A DNA stretch of 64,000 nt from a virus (lineage: Duplodnaviria; Caudoviricetes), in the IMG/VR virus record IMGVR_UViG_3300001580_000006, positions 1 through 64,000 of that record. The stretch is one strand, 5' to 3'. Of this stretch, positions 1 through 7,312 are shown one piece after another. The notes beneath the pieces were generated by a model. It was not told the DNA's origin and ran no database searches. It was given only the letters and a program-made list of their open reading frames with translations. The number at the start of each line of letters is the position of its first letter. The first letter of the stretch is position 1. Position numbers and translations under genes: made by a program.

Positions 1-211
1 TGGAGACAAGGACAATGATTATGACTGCAACCTATATAGACAGGATGCTGGTAAGTTACAATCTGATGGTTCAATAGAGGCAACCGCTTTTGTTACAACG
101 GGTTCTGCATGGGTAGCAGATGGTACCTATACAGTGGGATTAGGTTCGACCACAAATGGCACAATCACTATCTCTAACGGGGTTATCACTGCAATACAAG
201 AGTGCACTTAG
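1..211 (+). CDS. 3' end of a fibre/adhesin-like structural protein (partial)
   Basis: Frame 2 is open from the window edge to TAG at 209-211 and ends ...GSTTNGTITISNGVITAIQECT, a beta-rich C-terminus typical of phage fibres. Confidence 0.5.
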   Translation, partial: GDKDNDYDCNLYRQDAGKLQSDGSIEATAFVTTGSAWVADGTYTVGLGSTTNGTITISNGVITAIQECT

Positions 212-214
212 GCC

Positions 215-243
215 TTGACTTTAGTGCAGATTTATGGTATAAT
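215..243 (+). promoter_or_regulatory. sigma70/sigmaA-type promoter with extended -10
   Basis: TTGACT (215-220), 17-nt spacer, then TG-G-TATAAT (hexamer 238-243), upstream of the HNH gene at 272. Confidence 0.8.
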
Positions 244-271
244 TACACAGTACAAATAGGATAGTATAACA

Positions 272-730
272 ATGCCAGTTGGTGTATATATAAGAACTGA
301 AGAAACCAGGGCCAGACTGCGGGCAGCCAAACTGGGTAAGCACCACTCGAAGGAAACTAAAGCAAAGATTGGTGCAGCCAATCGAGTTTCCAAACTACGT
401 AAACCCTGTTCCGAAGAAACTAAGGTTAGGATAAGCGTTGCTCGTAAGCTCCTATATGACGCAAAGGGAAGAAAGACACCGCTCCGGCTAGCAATTAGAC
501 AGAGTCTCTCCTATAGGCAGTGGAAATATGCAGTATTTACTAGAGACAACTTTACTTGCCAAGACTGTGGCAGGCGAGGTGGAGACTTAGAAGCACATCA
601 CATTAAAGCCTTTGCTACTATCTGCAACGAGAACAAGGTAGAAACACTGGATGAAGCTCTTGCCTGTGTAGAACTATGGAATGATTGGAACGGTAGAACA
701 CTTTGTACAACCTGCCACAAGAAATATTAA
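272..730 (+). CDS. HNH homing endonuclease, NUMOD3-type N-terminus (family A)
   Basis: HSKETKAKI/CSEETKVRI repeats, YRQWK..VFTRDNFTCQDCG, LEAHHIK and TLCTTCH. Confidence 0.85.
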   Translation: MPVGVYIRTEETRARLRAAKLGKHHSKETKAKIGAANRVSKLRKPCSEETKVRISVARKLLYDAKGRKTPLRLAIRQSLSYRQWKYAVFTRDNFTCQDCGRRGGDLEAHHIKAFATICNENKVETLDEALACVELWNDWNGRTLCTTCHKKY

Positions 731-757
731 TTAGGTAACTTAATGAGGAGGAGGAAC

Positions 758-931
758 ATGGAAAACTTAGTAATCACAGGAACAGAGAAGACAATTAAGA
801 ATGCTGTTCTATTCTTAGAGCGGGCATCCCTACATGGTAACGAAGTCGTAGCATTTAACGAAGTGCTTAATATGATACTGGCTGCAAAACCTTTATCTAA
901 GTTTGTAGCAGAGTTGCCAAAGCCAGAGTAG
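758..931 (+). CDS. small hypothetical protein (possible fibre chaperone)
   Basis: Strong RBS GAGGAGG before ATG 758; 57 aa. Confidence 0.6.
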   Translation: MENLVITGTEKTIKNAVLFLERASLHGNEVVAFNEVLNMILAAKPLSKFVAELPKPE

Positions 932-933
932 GA

Positions 934-1064
934 CTACGGTGGCAGCACGTTGGCCGAACACCTTGACACTGGCAAAGCACTCAGCGATGCTGGGCGGCCT
1001 GGCAATACACGGAGTGTGCCAGTATCAGGAGATACAGATCCTGGCACGTCTGGAGAGATGGTAG
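934..1064 (+). ncRNA. candidate structured non-coding RNA
   Basis: GC-rich intergenic rod with nested pairings 962-974/1017-1029, 978-982/1012-1016, 943-955/1043-1052 and 934-937/1061-1064. Confidence 0.45.
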
Positions 1065-1122
1065 CAAAGAAATTATTGAAATTTACAACTTGGATCGGTC
1101 TTAAGTAATTAAAGGAGAAAAC

Positions 1123-1590
1123 ATGGCACAAACCGTAACCCCAACAATAGTAGGGCCCATTGCTGATGTTAGTGATGAAGTAAAGCCTGTTCTTACACAA
1201 TACCCAACTTTCAGTTGGGAGATTGCTACAACTGACGAAATAGAGTATTTTATTATAACTATTGAAAGATTTCCAGGTGATTTGCCGTTTTCGCCAGTTA
1301 CGTCGTACACTATAACAGATGGCACAGCTAGAAACTACAAGCCAACTACTCCTCTAGCGGTGTGTAAAATCAATCCTCCTGCGTGGTATCCATACCTAGT
1401 TTGGTCTATTAAGGCAAAGGCGGTTGACCAAGACCTCAGTGAGCAGTCTAACTATGGTGCTTTTCAAGTAGCAGACGAACTAGTTGTTAACCTAGGAAAA
1501 ATAGTTCTAGACGTAGCATATGATGGTGTTCGTGAGAAAAGAGTAACCAATGTAAAAGTTACGCGCGCTGCAAGAAGAGAAGATAAATGA
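1123..1590 (+). CDS. hypothetical beta-sandwich (Fn3/Ig-like) protein
   Basis: RBS AAGGAG; PTFSWE...YFIITI...WSIKAKAVD pattern resembles Fn3 strands. Confidence 0.5.
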   Translation: MAQTVTPTIVGPIADVSDEVKPVLTQYPTFSWEIATTDEIEYFIITIERFPGDLPFSPVTSYTITDGTARNYKPTTPLAVCKINPPAWYPYLVWSIKAKAVDQDLSEQSNYGAFQVADELVVNLGKIVLDVAYDGVREKRVTNVKVTRAARREDK

Positions 1591-1665
1591 CACCAAAACC
1601 TCCACTAAAAAGTGAGGGCGGTAAGAAGCCAAAACCAAACAAACACCCAAAAATAAAGAATTCGT

Positions 1666-1740
1666 AGGACTATAGTGTTAGCGGTAGCACGTTGGTCTCC
1701 AAAACCAAAAGCCTCCGTCCGAATCGGAGTGGTCCTGCCA
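1666..1740 (+). tRNA. tRNA-Trp(CCA)
   Basis: Acceptor AGGACTA/TGGTCCT-G-CCA; anticodon arm TTGGT-CTCCAAA-ACCAA; T-loop TCCGAAT. Confidence 0.9.
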
Positions 1741-1741
1741 T

Positions 1742-1819
1742 GATCCCGTAGGCGAGTTGGCTAAAGCCATCACCCTTTCACGGTGAAATTCGCGGGTTCA
1801 ACTCCCGCCGGGATTACCA
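1742..1819 (+). tRNA. tRNA-Glu(TTC)
   Basis: GATCCCG/CGGGATT-A-CCA; TCACC-CTTTCAC-GGTGA. Confidence 0.92.
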
Positions 1820-1824
1820 AATTT

Positions 1825-1900
1825 GCCGACGTAGCTCAGTTGGTAGAGCGGCTGCCCTGTAAGCAGCGGGTCACGGGTTCGAAGCCTGTCGTCGGCTCCA
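1825..1900 (+). tRNA. tRNA-Thr(TGT)
   Basis: GCCGACG/CGTCGGC-T-CCA; GCTGC-CCTGTAA-GCAGC (C at position 33). Confidence 0.9.
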
Positions 1901-1914
1901 GCTATAAGGTTGTT

Positions 1915-2160
1915 ATGATTAGACTGATATTAAACTTAAAAATTCTCTTTACTTTGGGTCCAAAAGAGCTTTTACACGCTTTAAGCCTGCAGAAGTCTAT
2001 AAATAAAAGTAGACAGAAATTATATAATATGGGCTATATAACAGTTAGTTGGACTACTGATAACTACACACATCATAGCCGGTTAATGCGGTATAGAGAA
2101 CCAGCGTTCTATGAAAAGCAACTTACTGATTACTTAGAAAATATGGTGGGTGTAGTTTAA
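1915..2160 (+). CDS. hypothetical protein within the tRNA cluster
   Basis: ATG 1915 after AAGG. The track start at 1783 runs through tRNAs. The stop overlaps the 5' end of tRNA-His. Confidence 0.45.
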   Translation: MIRLILNLKILFTLGPKELLHALSLQKSINKSRQKLYNMGYITVSWTTDNYTHHSRLMRYREPAFYEKQLTDYLENMVGVV

Positions 2161-2222
2161 TTGGCTAAAGCGCTAGACTGTGAATCTAGAAATTGCGAGT
2201 TCAATCCTCGCCGCCCACCCCA
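2145..2222 (+). tRNA. tRNA-His(GTG) with encoded G-1
   Basis: 8-bp acceptor GGTGGGTG/CGCCCACC-CCA; CTAGA-CTGTGAA-TCTAG. Confidence 0.92.
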
Positions 2223-2263
2223 AAGGAATATGAGACATAAACGTAGGAAACATAAATTTAATT

Positions 2264-2340
2264 ATCCCGATAGCTCAACTGAATAGAGCATCTGTCTTCT
2301 AAACAGAGAGTTACAGGTTTGAGTCCTGTTCGGGGTACCA
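2264..2340 (+). tRNA. tRNA-Arg(TCT)
   Basis: ATCCCGA/TCGGGGT-A-CCA; TCTGT-CTTCTAA-ACAGA. Confidence 0.9.
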
Positions 2341-2367
2341 ACATAATAAGGATGGAGATCCATAGTT

Positions 2368-2793
2368 ATGAGCAGAAATGGTAATACTACCAAAGATGTG
2401 CTACTAGGCATGCCACACGGAACAGCGAGCGGTAAATTACGCAAAATCATTATCTTTCGTTTGGCCGAAAAGTGCGGCGAGCTGATATGTTTCCACTGTA
2501 CTAAGCAGATAGAGTCGATTGATGACTTGTCCATAGAGCACAAAGAGGCGTGGCAAGGTGCGGCAGACCCAAAACTGGCGTTTTTCAATCCCGATAATAT
2601 AGCGTTTTCGCACTTATCTTGCAACATAAGTGCTGGTAGTAGAACTAAAACTGCTGCCATAAATACCAGTAAAACACACTGCCCCAGTGGCCACGAATAC
2701 ACTGACACTAATACATATCGTAATAATGTAAACGGTTCTCGCCACTGTAGAACTTGTCGCAGAGAGTATATGCAAAAACACCGCAAGCATTAA
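2368..2793 (+). CDS. HNH endonuclease (family B) with C-terminal Zn-finger
   Basis: CFHC..SIEHKEAW..NIAFSHLSCN, then KTHCPSGHEY..CRTC. Confidence 0.75.
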   Translation: MSRNGNTTKDVLLGMPHGTASGKLRKIIIFRLAEKCGELICFHCTKQIESIDDLSIEHKEAWQGAADPKLAFFNPDNIAFSHLSCNISAGSRTKTAAINTSKTHCPSGHEYTDTNTYRNNVNGSRHCRTCRREYMQKHRKH

Positions 2794-2799
2794 ATTTAT

Positions 2800-2885
2800 G
2801 GAGAGGTGGCTGAGCGGTCCAAAGCAACGGTTTGCTAAACCGTAGCCCAATGGGCTCGTAGGTTCGAATCCTGCTCTCTCCGCCA
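2800..2885 (+). tRNA. tRNA-Ser(GCT)
   Basis: GGAGAGG/TCTCTCC-G-CCA; ACGGT-TTGCTAA-ACCGT; long variable arm AGCCC-AAT-GGGCT. Confidence 0.93.
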
Positions 2886-2954
2886 AACTAAGGGTAAAGA
2901 TCTCAGAAAAGGCTAACGGCATAAAATTTACTGATTCAATATCAAGGACACCAG

Positions 2955-3182
2955 ATGACAATCAACCATGAAATATATTTTGCTCTAGCCCTGGAGGAGT
3001 TTAAGCGCCGCGGAGACGAGTCTATAAGAAAGGGCGAGAAATTTGCTTTATCGCTGGAATATGACAGTCAGACTATAACCACAAGCTTTAAGTTGGTGAA
3101 AGATGGACCTGACAAAGCAAAAAAGATTGTTCCGGTGGCTAAGGCGCCGAGACAAAAGATTAGGCTTGAAGACAAAGCGTAA
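2955..3182 (+). CDS. hypothetical protein
   Basis: RBS AAGGA; 75 aa between tRNAs. Confidence 0.5.
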   Translation: MTINHEIYFALALEEFKRRGDESIRKGEKFALSLEYDSQTITTSFKLVKDGPDKAKKIVPVAKAPRQKIRLEDKA

Positions 3183-3184
3183 AC

Positions 3185-3259
3185 TGCGGAATAGTTCAGA
3201 GGTGGAACGTTGCCCTCATAAGGCAAATGGCGAGAGTTCGAATCTCTCTTCCGCTACCA
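3185..3259 (+). tRNA. tRNA with CAT anticodon (Met/fMet-like)
   Basis: TGCGGAA/TTCCGCT-A-CCA with T1:T72 mismatch; TTGCC-CTCATAA-GGCAA. Confidence 0.88.
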
Positions 3260-3269
3260 AACGTTCTAA

Positions 3270-3343
3270 GCGGGCGTAACCTAGCGGTCAGGTACCACCT
3301 TGCCATGGTGGCTACGAGGGCTCGACTCCCTCCGCCCGCTCCA
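3270..3343 (+). tRNA. tRNA-Gly(GCC)
   Basis: GCGGGCG/CGCCCGC-T-CCA; CCACC-TTGCCAT-GGTGG; T-loop CTCGACT. Confidence 0.9.
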
Positions 3344-3346
3344 TTT

Positions 3347-3421
3347 GCTTCGGTGGCCTAATGGCTAGGGCGTCTGCCTTCCAAGCAGAATATGAGAGTT
3401 CAATTCTCTCCCGAGGCTCCA
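3347..3421 (+). tRNA. tRNA-Gly(TCC)
   Basis: GCTTCGG/CCGAGGC-T-CCA; TCTGC-CTTCCAA-GCAGA. Confidence 0.92.
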
Positions 3422-3423
3422 AT

Positions 3424-3499
3424 AGGCGGGTAGCTCAACTGGTAGAGCGTTGGACTTTGACTCCAAATGTTATACGTTCGATCCGTATCCCGCCTGCCA
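3424..3499 (+). tRNA. tRNA-Gln(TTG)
   Basis: AGGCGGG/CCCGCCT-G-CCA; TTGGA-CTTTGAC-TCCAA. Confidence 0.92.
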
Positions 3500-3521
3500 T
3501 ATAAATATCGAAGTACTTATT

Positions 3522-3908
3522 GTGGATAGACGACACGCACAGCTAGGTTTAGACCCAGGAACAGCATCGTATAGATTAAATAAAATGCTGCTGTTTGATT
3601 ATGCAATAAAGGCTGGGCATAATGTTTGTTATAGGTGTGGCGAAAAGATAGTTGAACTGCGCCAATTTAGTATAGAACACAAGATTCCGTGGTTAGATTC
3701 TATAAACCCAGCGGTGTTGTTCTTTGACCTAAATAACATAGCATACAGCCATCTTAGTTGTAATAGTAAGGCGGCAAGAAAAACAAATAGAAAGTATGCA
3801 ACGGCAGACGAATTTAAAACCTATGAAAGAATTAGAGTTAGAGATAAGGCGAGAAGATCATATACTCCAGAGCGTCGGCGAAGCAAATACTTAAAAACTG
3901 GTTGGTAG
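3522..3908 (+). CDS. HNH endonuclease (family B), paralogue of 2368..2793
   Basis: GTAS..L.K, CYRC, SIEHKIPW and NIAYSHLSCN. Probable GTG start at 3522, because the track start lies inside tRNA-Gln. Confidence 0.72.
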   Translation: MDRRHAQLGLDPGTASYRLNKMLLFDYAIKAGHNVCYRCGEKIVELRQFSIEHKIPWLDSINPAVLFFDLNNIAYSHLSCNSKAARKTNRKYATADEFKTYERIRVRDKARRSYTPERRRSKYLKTGW

Positions 3909-3973
3909 CCAAAATATACGGGGTGTAGCACAGTTGGTAGCCAAAATATACGGGGTGTGGCGCAGTTGGTAGC
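3901..3973 (+). repeat. 32-bp tandem duplication including a 5' fragment of tRNA-Pro
   Basis: GTTGGTAGCCAAAATATACGGGGTGT(A/G)GC(A/G)CA twice (3901-3932, 3933-3964), followed by GTTGGTAGC. Confidence 0.95.
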
Positions 3974-4026
3974 GCGCTTGCTTTGGGAGCAAGAGGCCGT
4001 CCGTTCGAACCGGACCACCCCGACCA
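3951..4026 (+). tRNA. tRNA-Pro(TGG)
   Basis: CGGGGTG/CACCCCG-A-CCA; CTTGC-TTTGGGA-GCAAG. Confidence 0.93.
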
Positions 4027-4041
4027 AAATAAGGAGACCAC

Positions 4042-4248
4042 ATGAAGTTTAAAGCATCTATTGAGGTAGAGGTTACCGCCAGTTCCGCCGACGAGGCTAT
4101 GAAAAAGGTATGTGACGAACTTGCACTTCTTAACCCAGTGCCATTTAAACTGTATGTTGGCACTATCTTAAGAGATTATATTGGAAAGGGTGTTCTTGGA
4201 AGAACAAAAGGCGGTTACTTTACAGTTAAGGAACTGGAAATCGGATAA
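4042..4248 (+). CDS. hypothetical protein
   Basis: RBS AAGGAG; TAATG coupling to the next gene. Confidence 0.6.
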   Translation: MKFKASIEVEVTASSADEAMKKVCDELALLNPVPFKLYVGTILRDYIGKGVLGRTKGGYFTVKELEIG

Positions 4249-4721
4249 TGGCTGCACCATCACGACACATAACAATCTCTGGCCTTCCGGCCATGCTACT
4301 CTGCCACTACTTTCCAGTTTGGCCGGTCTACATAGTAGCTGGCCTTTTCTCATTTATTAGCCATATAGGTGTAGATGTTCTTTTTGATGAATACTGGAAT
4401 AGAACACCATCCCAAACATTTATTTTGGCTGCTACCGGGACTATAGCTATGTTTGCAGCATACTGGTTCTTCGCTGTTCCGATGTTTGGTTGGGCCACAT
4501 TTCTCATAATGGCTATTTTAGCTTGTGGTATGGATATAATTGATGGTGTTGTGCAAGCAGCTGCTCAGTTGAAAAACACAATCTTTCAGCCACTATTCCC
4601 GTGTCACTTTGGTAATAAACATTATATTCCACAGTTGTTTCCAACAGAAAGCTTTACTACAACAGTATTACTGGAAGTTGTGGCTGCAATAATACTGATT
4701 CTAGTAGTAGTTTTACTGTGA
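4248..4721 (+). CDS. multi-pass membrane protein, possibly a membrane-bound metal-dependent hydrolase
   Basis: About 4 hydrophobic helices; SHIGVD, MDIID and a later His resemble YdjM-like metal ligands. Confidence 0.45.
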   Translation: MAAPSRHITISGLPAMLLCHYFPVWPVYIVAGLFSFISHIGVDVLFDEYWNRTPSQTFILAATGTIAMFAAYWFFAVPMFGWATFLIMAILACGMDIIDGVVQAAAQLKNTIFQPLFPCHFGNKHYIPQLFPTESFTTTVLLEVVAAIILILVVVLL

Positions 4722-4724
4722 AGG

Positions 4725-4757
4725 CATTTTGGTTTTGGTAACTTGTTGTGGTATAAT
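4725..4757 (+). promoter_or_regulatory. promoter, CATTTT-N21-TATAAT with extended -10
   Basis: GGCATTTTGGTT...TGTGGTATAAT; the same architecture occurs at 20452, 35894, 52196 and 61390. Confidence 0.7.
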
Positions 4758-4792
4758 AAAGTATGATAAAGAACTTCGAATGGAGCTATAAA

Positions 4793-6643
4793 ATGCGTCA
4801 ATTTGCCTTAGCAATTTGTGCTATATTGTTGCTGGTAGGCTCAGTTAATGCTGTGCCTTATCGAGTCCGCAACGATATGACCCCAGGCACAGATCATAAA
4901 TATAGACTTGGCATACCTGGTGAAAGCTGGAGCAGCGCTAGCATAGATACTGTTTTTTGTTCTGTGCTGGTTGGTGCACTGGTTACTAATGCTGAAAGCC
5001 TATATGCAAGAGGTGCCTACCACGCAGGTGATGATTTTCTATTAAACACTGTAAGAGATACTATGCACTCCGATCTTGTAATTCAAGGTAATCTATATTT
5101 GAACAAGATCGCCACTAGTGCAGTTCCTCTTGCAGCCGGCCTATCAATGGGCTCCTCTGGAACACATTGGCGCTATGGGTACATCGATACTTTAATGAAT
5201 AACATCGGCGCACAAAGCATCCTACCAAGAGCACCTAATACGTATGATCTTGGGTCTATAGCTTATTTGTGGAAGAGTCTTTATGCAGTAGATGTAATAG
5301 GATATAAGCTAACAACTCTTAACGGAATGATAGCTGCTGGAGATTTTATAAAGTTCGATATTGACGACGACGGTGACGGCGAGTTTAGTATAGAATATCG
5401 TGGCGCTGCGGTCATGGATACTGGTGGCTATGCGGTTCGAGACTCGGTAAAAACTGATAAGCTGATATTAAACGGTAATTTCGTACCAAGCGTTGATGCT
5501 ACTTATGATCTAGGTACATCTTCGTATAGATTTAGGTTTGGAAGATTTACACACCTATACACTGATCAACTTAACCTCAACTACGGATCTATATACGTAA
5601 ATGACTCGCCTTTTAGTGTTGATATAAACGGAGACAGCGACTCGGACTTTCTATTATTTGCGTCTGGCACAAAGACTAGAGATAGCGCTGACTATGCTGT
5701 TAGAGACACCGTGAGGGCTAGATATGCCATGCTAGCTAAGCGCGCTCTAATAGACTCACTGTGGCCTACGTGGATATCTAGCTTAGCGGTTGCCGGAAAT
5801 GCAGACATAGACGGCGAGCTGTGGGTTGGTGCCGGAGTAGGACCAGCTTTAATTACCCAATATTCTGGTGTCACAGGCGGCAGATATCATGGGTATTCAA
5901 TTGCTCCCGCTCTAACATACGCTATAGGCAATATGATTACTCATGGTGAGTATGATTCTATTATCTCAACATCTTCTTGGGCCTACGCACCAATACATAA
6001 TCGCATTGGCGGTTACAGATCGAAAATACAGCATGCTAACGACTCGCTTGGCACTCCTGCTGGTCGAGCCGGGGTTTGCGGCTCAACAGTAGACGGTGCA
6101 TATGGCTTAGCCTATAACTCCGGGCAAGACGTGTTTTCCGCTGGCGGATTCAGTAGCCTACGTGGGTCGTCGCAGCACTCACGCTACGTAATGCAGGACA
6201 CCACATCAGCCGCAGATGGCGGACAAGACTCAACTTCATTAATGCTATATACCCAACAGTCTTCGCTCGACACAATGCGCACTATTTATATGCCAGACAG
6301 TACAGTTTGGAGGATAGAGGCCACCGTGTCAGCTGTAATAGATTCCGCAGAGTACCTGGACGAGGCCTTGATTGGTGCGTCATGGTCCTTCAAATTTCAA
6401 GCTTTGGTGTCAAGGACAGGCACGGTCACTGTTATAGATACAGCCACTACAGATGTATTTGAAAATATGCAAAATGCTGGTATAATCTTTGATACCTACC
6501 CAAGAGCGTACATACAAACCACCGATAAAGGCATTAAACTGCGCGCAGTTCATGGTATGCAAAGCTCTAACGCATATCAAAGGTACCGCTGGAGCGCAAA
6601 CGTAGAGATACTAGAAACTGGATTTTATCATAGACAACGCTAA
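4793..6643 (+). CDS. fibre-like protein with Sec signal peptide
   Basis: RBS GGAG before ATG 4793; MRQFALAICAILLLVGSVNA signal; four P....Y.LG....W fibre repeats (e.g. PRAPNTYDLGSIAYLWKSLY, PSVDATYDLGTSSYRF). Confidence 0.65.
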   Translation: MRQFALAICAILLLVGSVNAVPYRVRNDMTPGTDHKYRLGIPGESWSSASIDTVFCSVLVGALVTNAESLYARGAYHAGDDFLLNTVRDTMHSDLVIQGNLYLNKIATSAVPLAAGLSMGSSGTHWRYGYIDTLMNNIGAQSILPRAPNTYDLGSIAYLWKSLYAVDVIGYKLTTLNGMIAAGDFIKFDIDDDGDGEFSIEYRGAAVMDTGGYAVRDSVKTDKLILNGNFVPSVDATYDLGTSSYRFRFGRFTHLYTDQLNLNYGSIYVNDSPFSVDINGDSDSDFLLFASGTKTRDSADYAVRDTVRARYAMLAKRALIDSLWPTWISSLAVAGNADIDGELWVGAGVGPALITQYSGVTGGRYHGYSIAPALTYAIGNMITHGEYDSIISTSSWAYAPIHNRIGGYRSKIQHANDSLGTPAGRAGVCGSTVDGAYGLAYNSGQDVFSAGGFSSLRGSSQHSRYVMQDTTSAADGGQDSTSLMLYTQQSSLDTMRTIYMPDSTVWRIEATVSAVIDSAEYLDEALIGASWSFKFQALVSRTGTVTVIDTATTDVFENMQNAGIIFDTYPRAYIQTTDKGIKLRAVHGMQSSNAYQRYRWSANVEILETGFYHRQR

Positions 6644-7239
6644 TGCAGTGTGATATTTGTAGGAGACCTGGGTCTCAGTATAAGAAAACAGAATTTATAC
6701 TTTGCCCTAGATGCCTAGGAAACGCAACTGTAGCTAAAGGTGTTCTTCGCAAGAAGAAAGTATATGGTAGAAGTAGAATCCAGGCACAAACAAAATGGGC
6801 TCTACGTAAGTTCTTTTCTCCTATCACAGAAGAAGCATACTTTAAATGGGCTGTAAATCCGGAGACCGGTGCAATACTGCCATATGACTTTTTCTGCCCA
6901 TCAGTAGATCTAATAGTAGAAGTGCAGGGCCTTGAACACTATAAATTCATCAAGGCGTTTCATAAGGACCAGGCAGCGTTTGAGCGCCGCCAATTTCTAG
7001 ACAAACTAAAGAGGCTACTTGCTGAAGAGCAGGGATATAATTTCTTAGAAATCGATTGTAGACAGCTAGAAGATAAATGGTCGATAGTTAAATTCTTACA
7101 AAGGCACATAAAGCATGAAGCTAAACCTGGACCAAGCGTACGAAATATCGGAAAAAAGCGTACAACCCGAGTGGGCAAAGGACAAAGACAACAAGTACCT
7201 ACTAGCGAACATAAAGTTCTTCGTAGACCACTTTGGTAA
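6643..7239 (+). CDS. Vsr/DUF559-like PD-(D/E)XK endonuclease with N-terminal Zn ribbon
   Basis: CDIC..CPRC; PYDFF...IVEVQGLEHY...DKLKR..A...GYNFLEID. Confidence 0.7.
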   Translation: MQCDICRRPGSQYKKTEFILCPRCLGNATVAKGVLRKKKVYGRSRIQAQTKWALRKFFSPITEEAYFKWAVNPETGAILPYDFFCPSVDLIVEVQGLEHYKFIKAFHKDQAAFERRQFLDKLKRLLAEEQGYNFLEIDCRQLEDKWSIVKFLQRHIKHEAKPGPSVRNIGKKRTTRVGKGQRQQVPTSEHKVLRRPLW

Positions 7240-7312
7240 AAACTGTCCAACAGCCTCTAGGTGTCTTATTTTACTCAATGATAATATAGAAAAGCAATGC
7301 CAGACGAGATAA
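7115..7312 (+). CDS. small hypothetical protein overlapping both neighbours
   Basis: 65-aa ORF bridging to the next gene; overlaps the low-complexity tail of 6643..7239. Confidence 0.35.
   Translation: MKLNLDQAYEISEKSVQPEWAKDKDNKYLLANIKFFVDHFGKNCPTASRCLILLNDNIEKQCQTR

Noticed and set aside
1783-1914. N-terminal part of track ORF 1783..2160 (likewise 3450..3521)
   Set aside because: These read through tRNA genes; better starts lie downstream (1915 and 3522).
3901-3973. Possible mini CRISPR array
   Set aside because: The units are directly adjacent with no unique spacers, they derive from tRNA-Pro and its flank, and no cas genes are present.
6478-6486. TGGTATAAT promoter-like site
   Set aside because: It lies inside a coding region and lacks the upstream CATTTT/-35 element, so it is probably coincidental.
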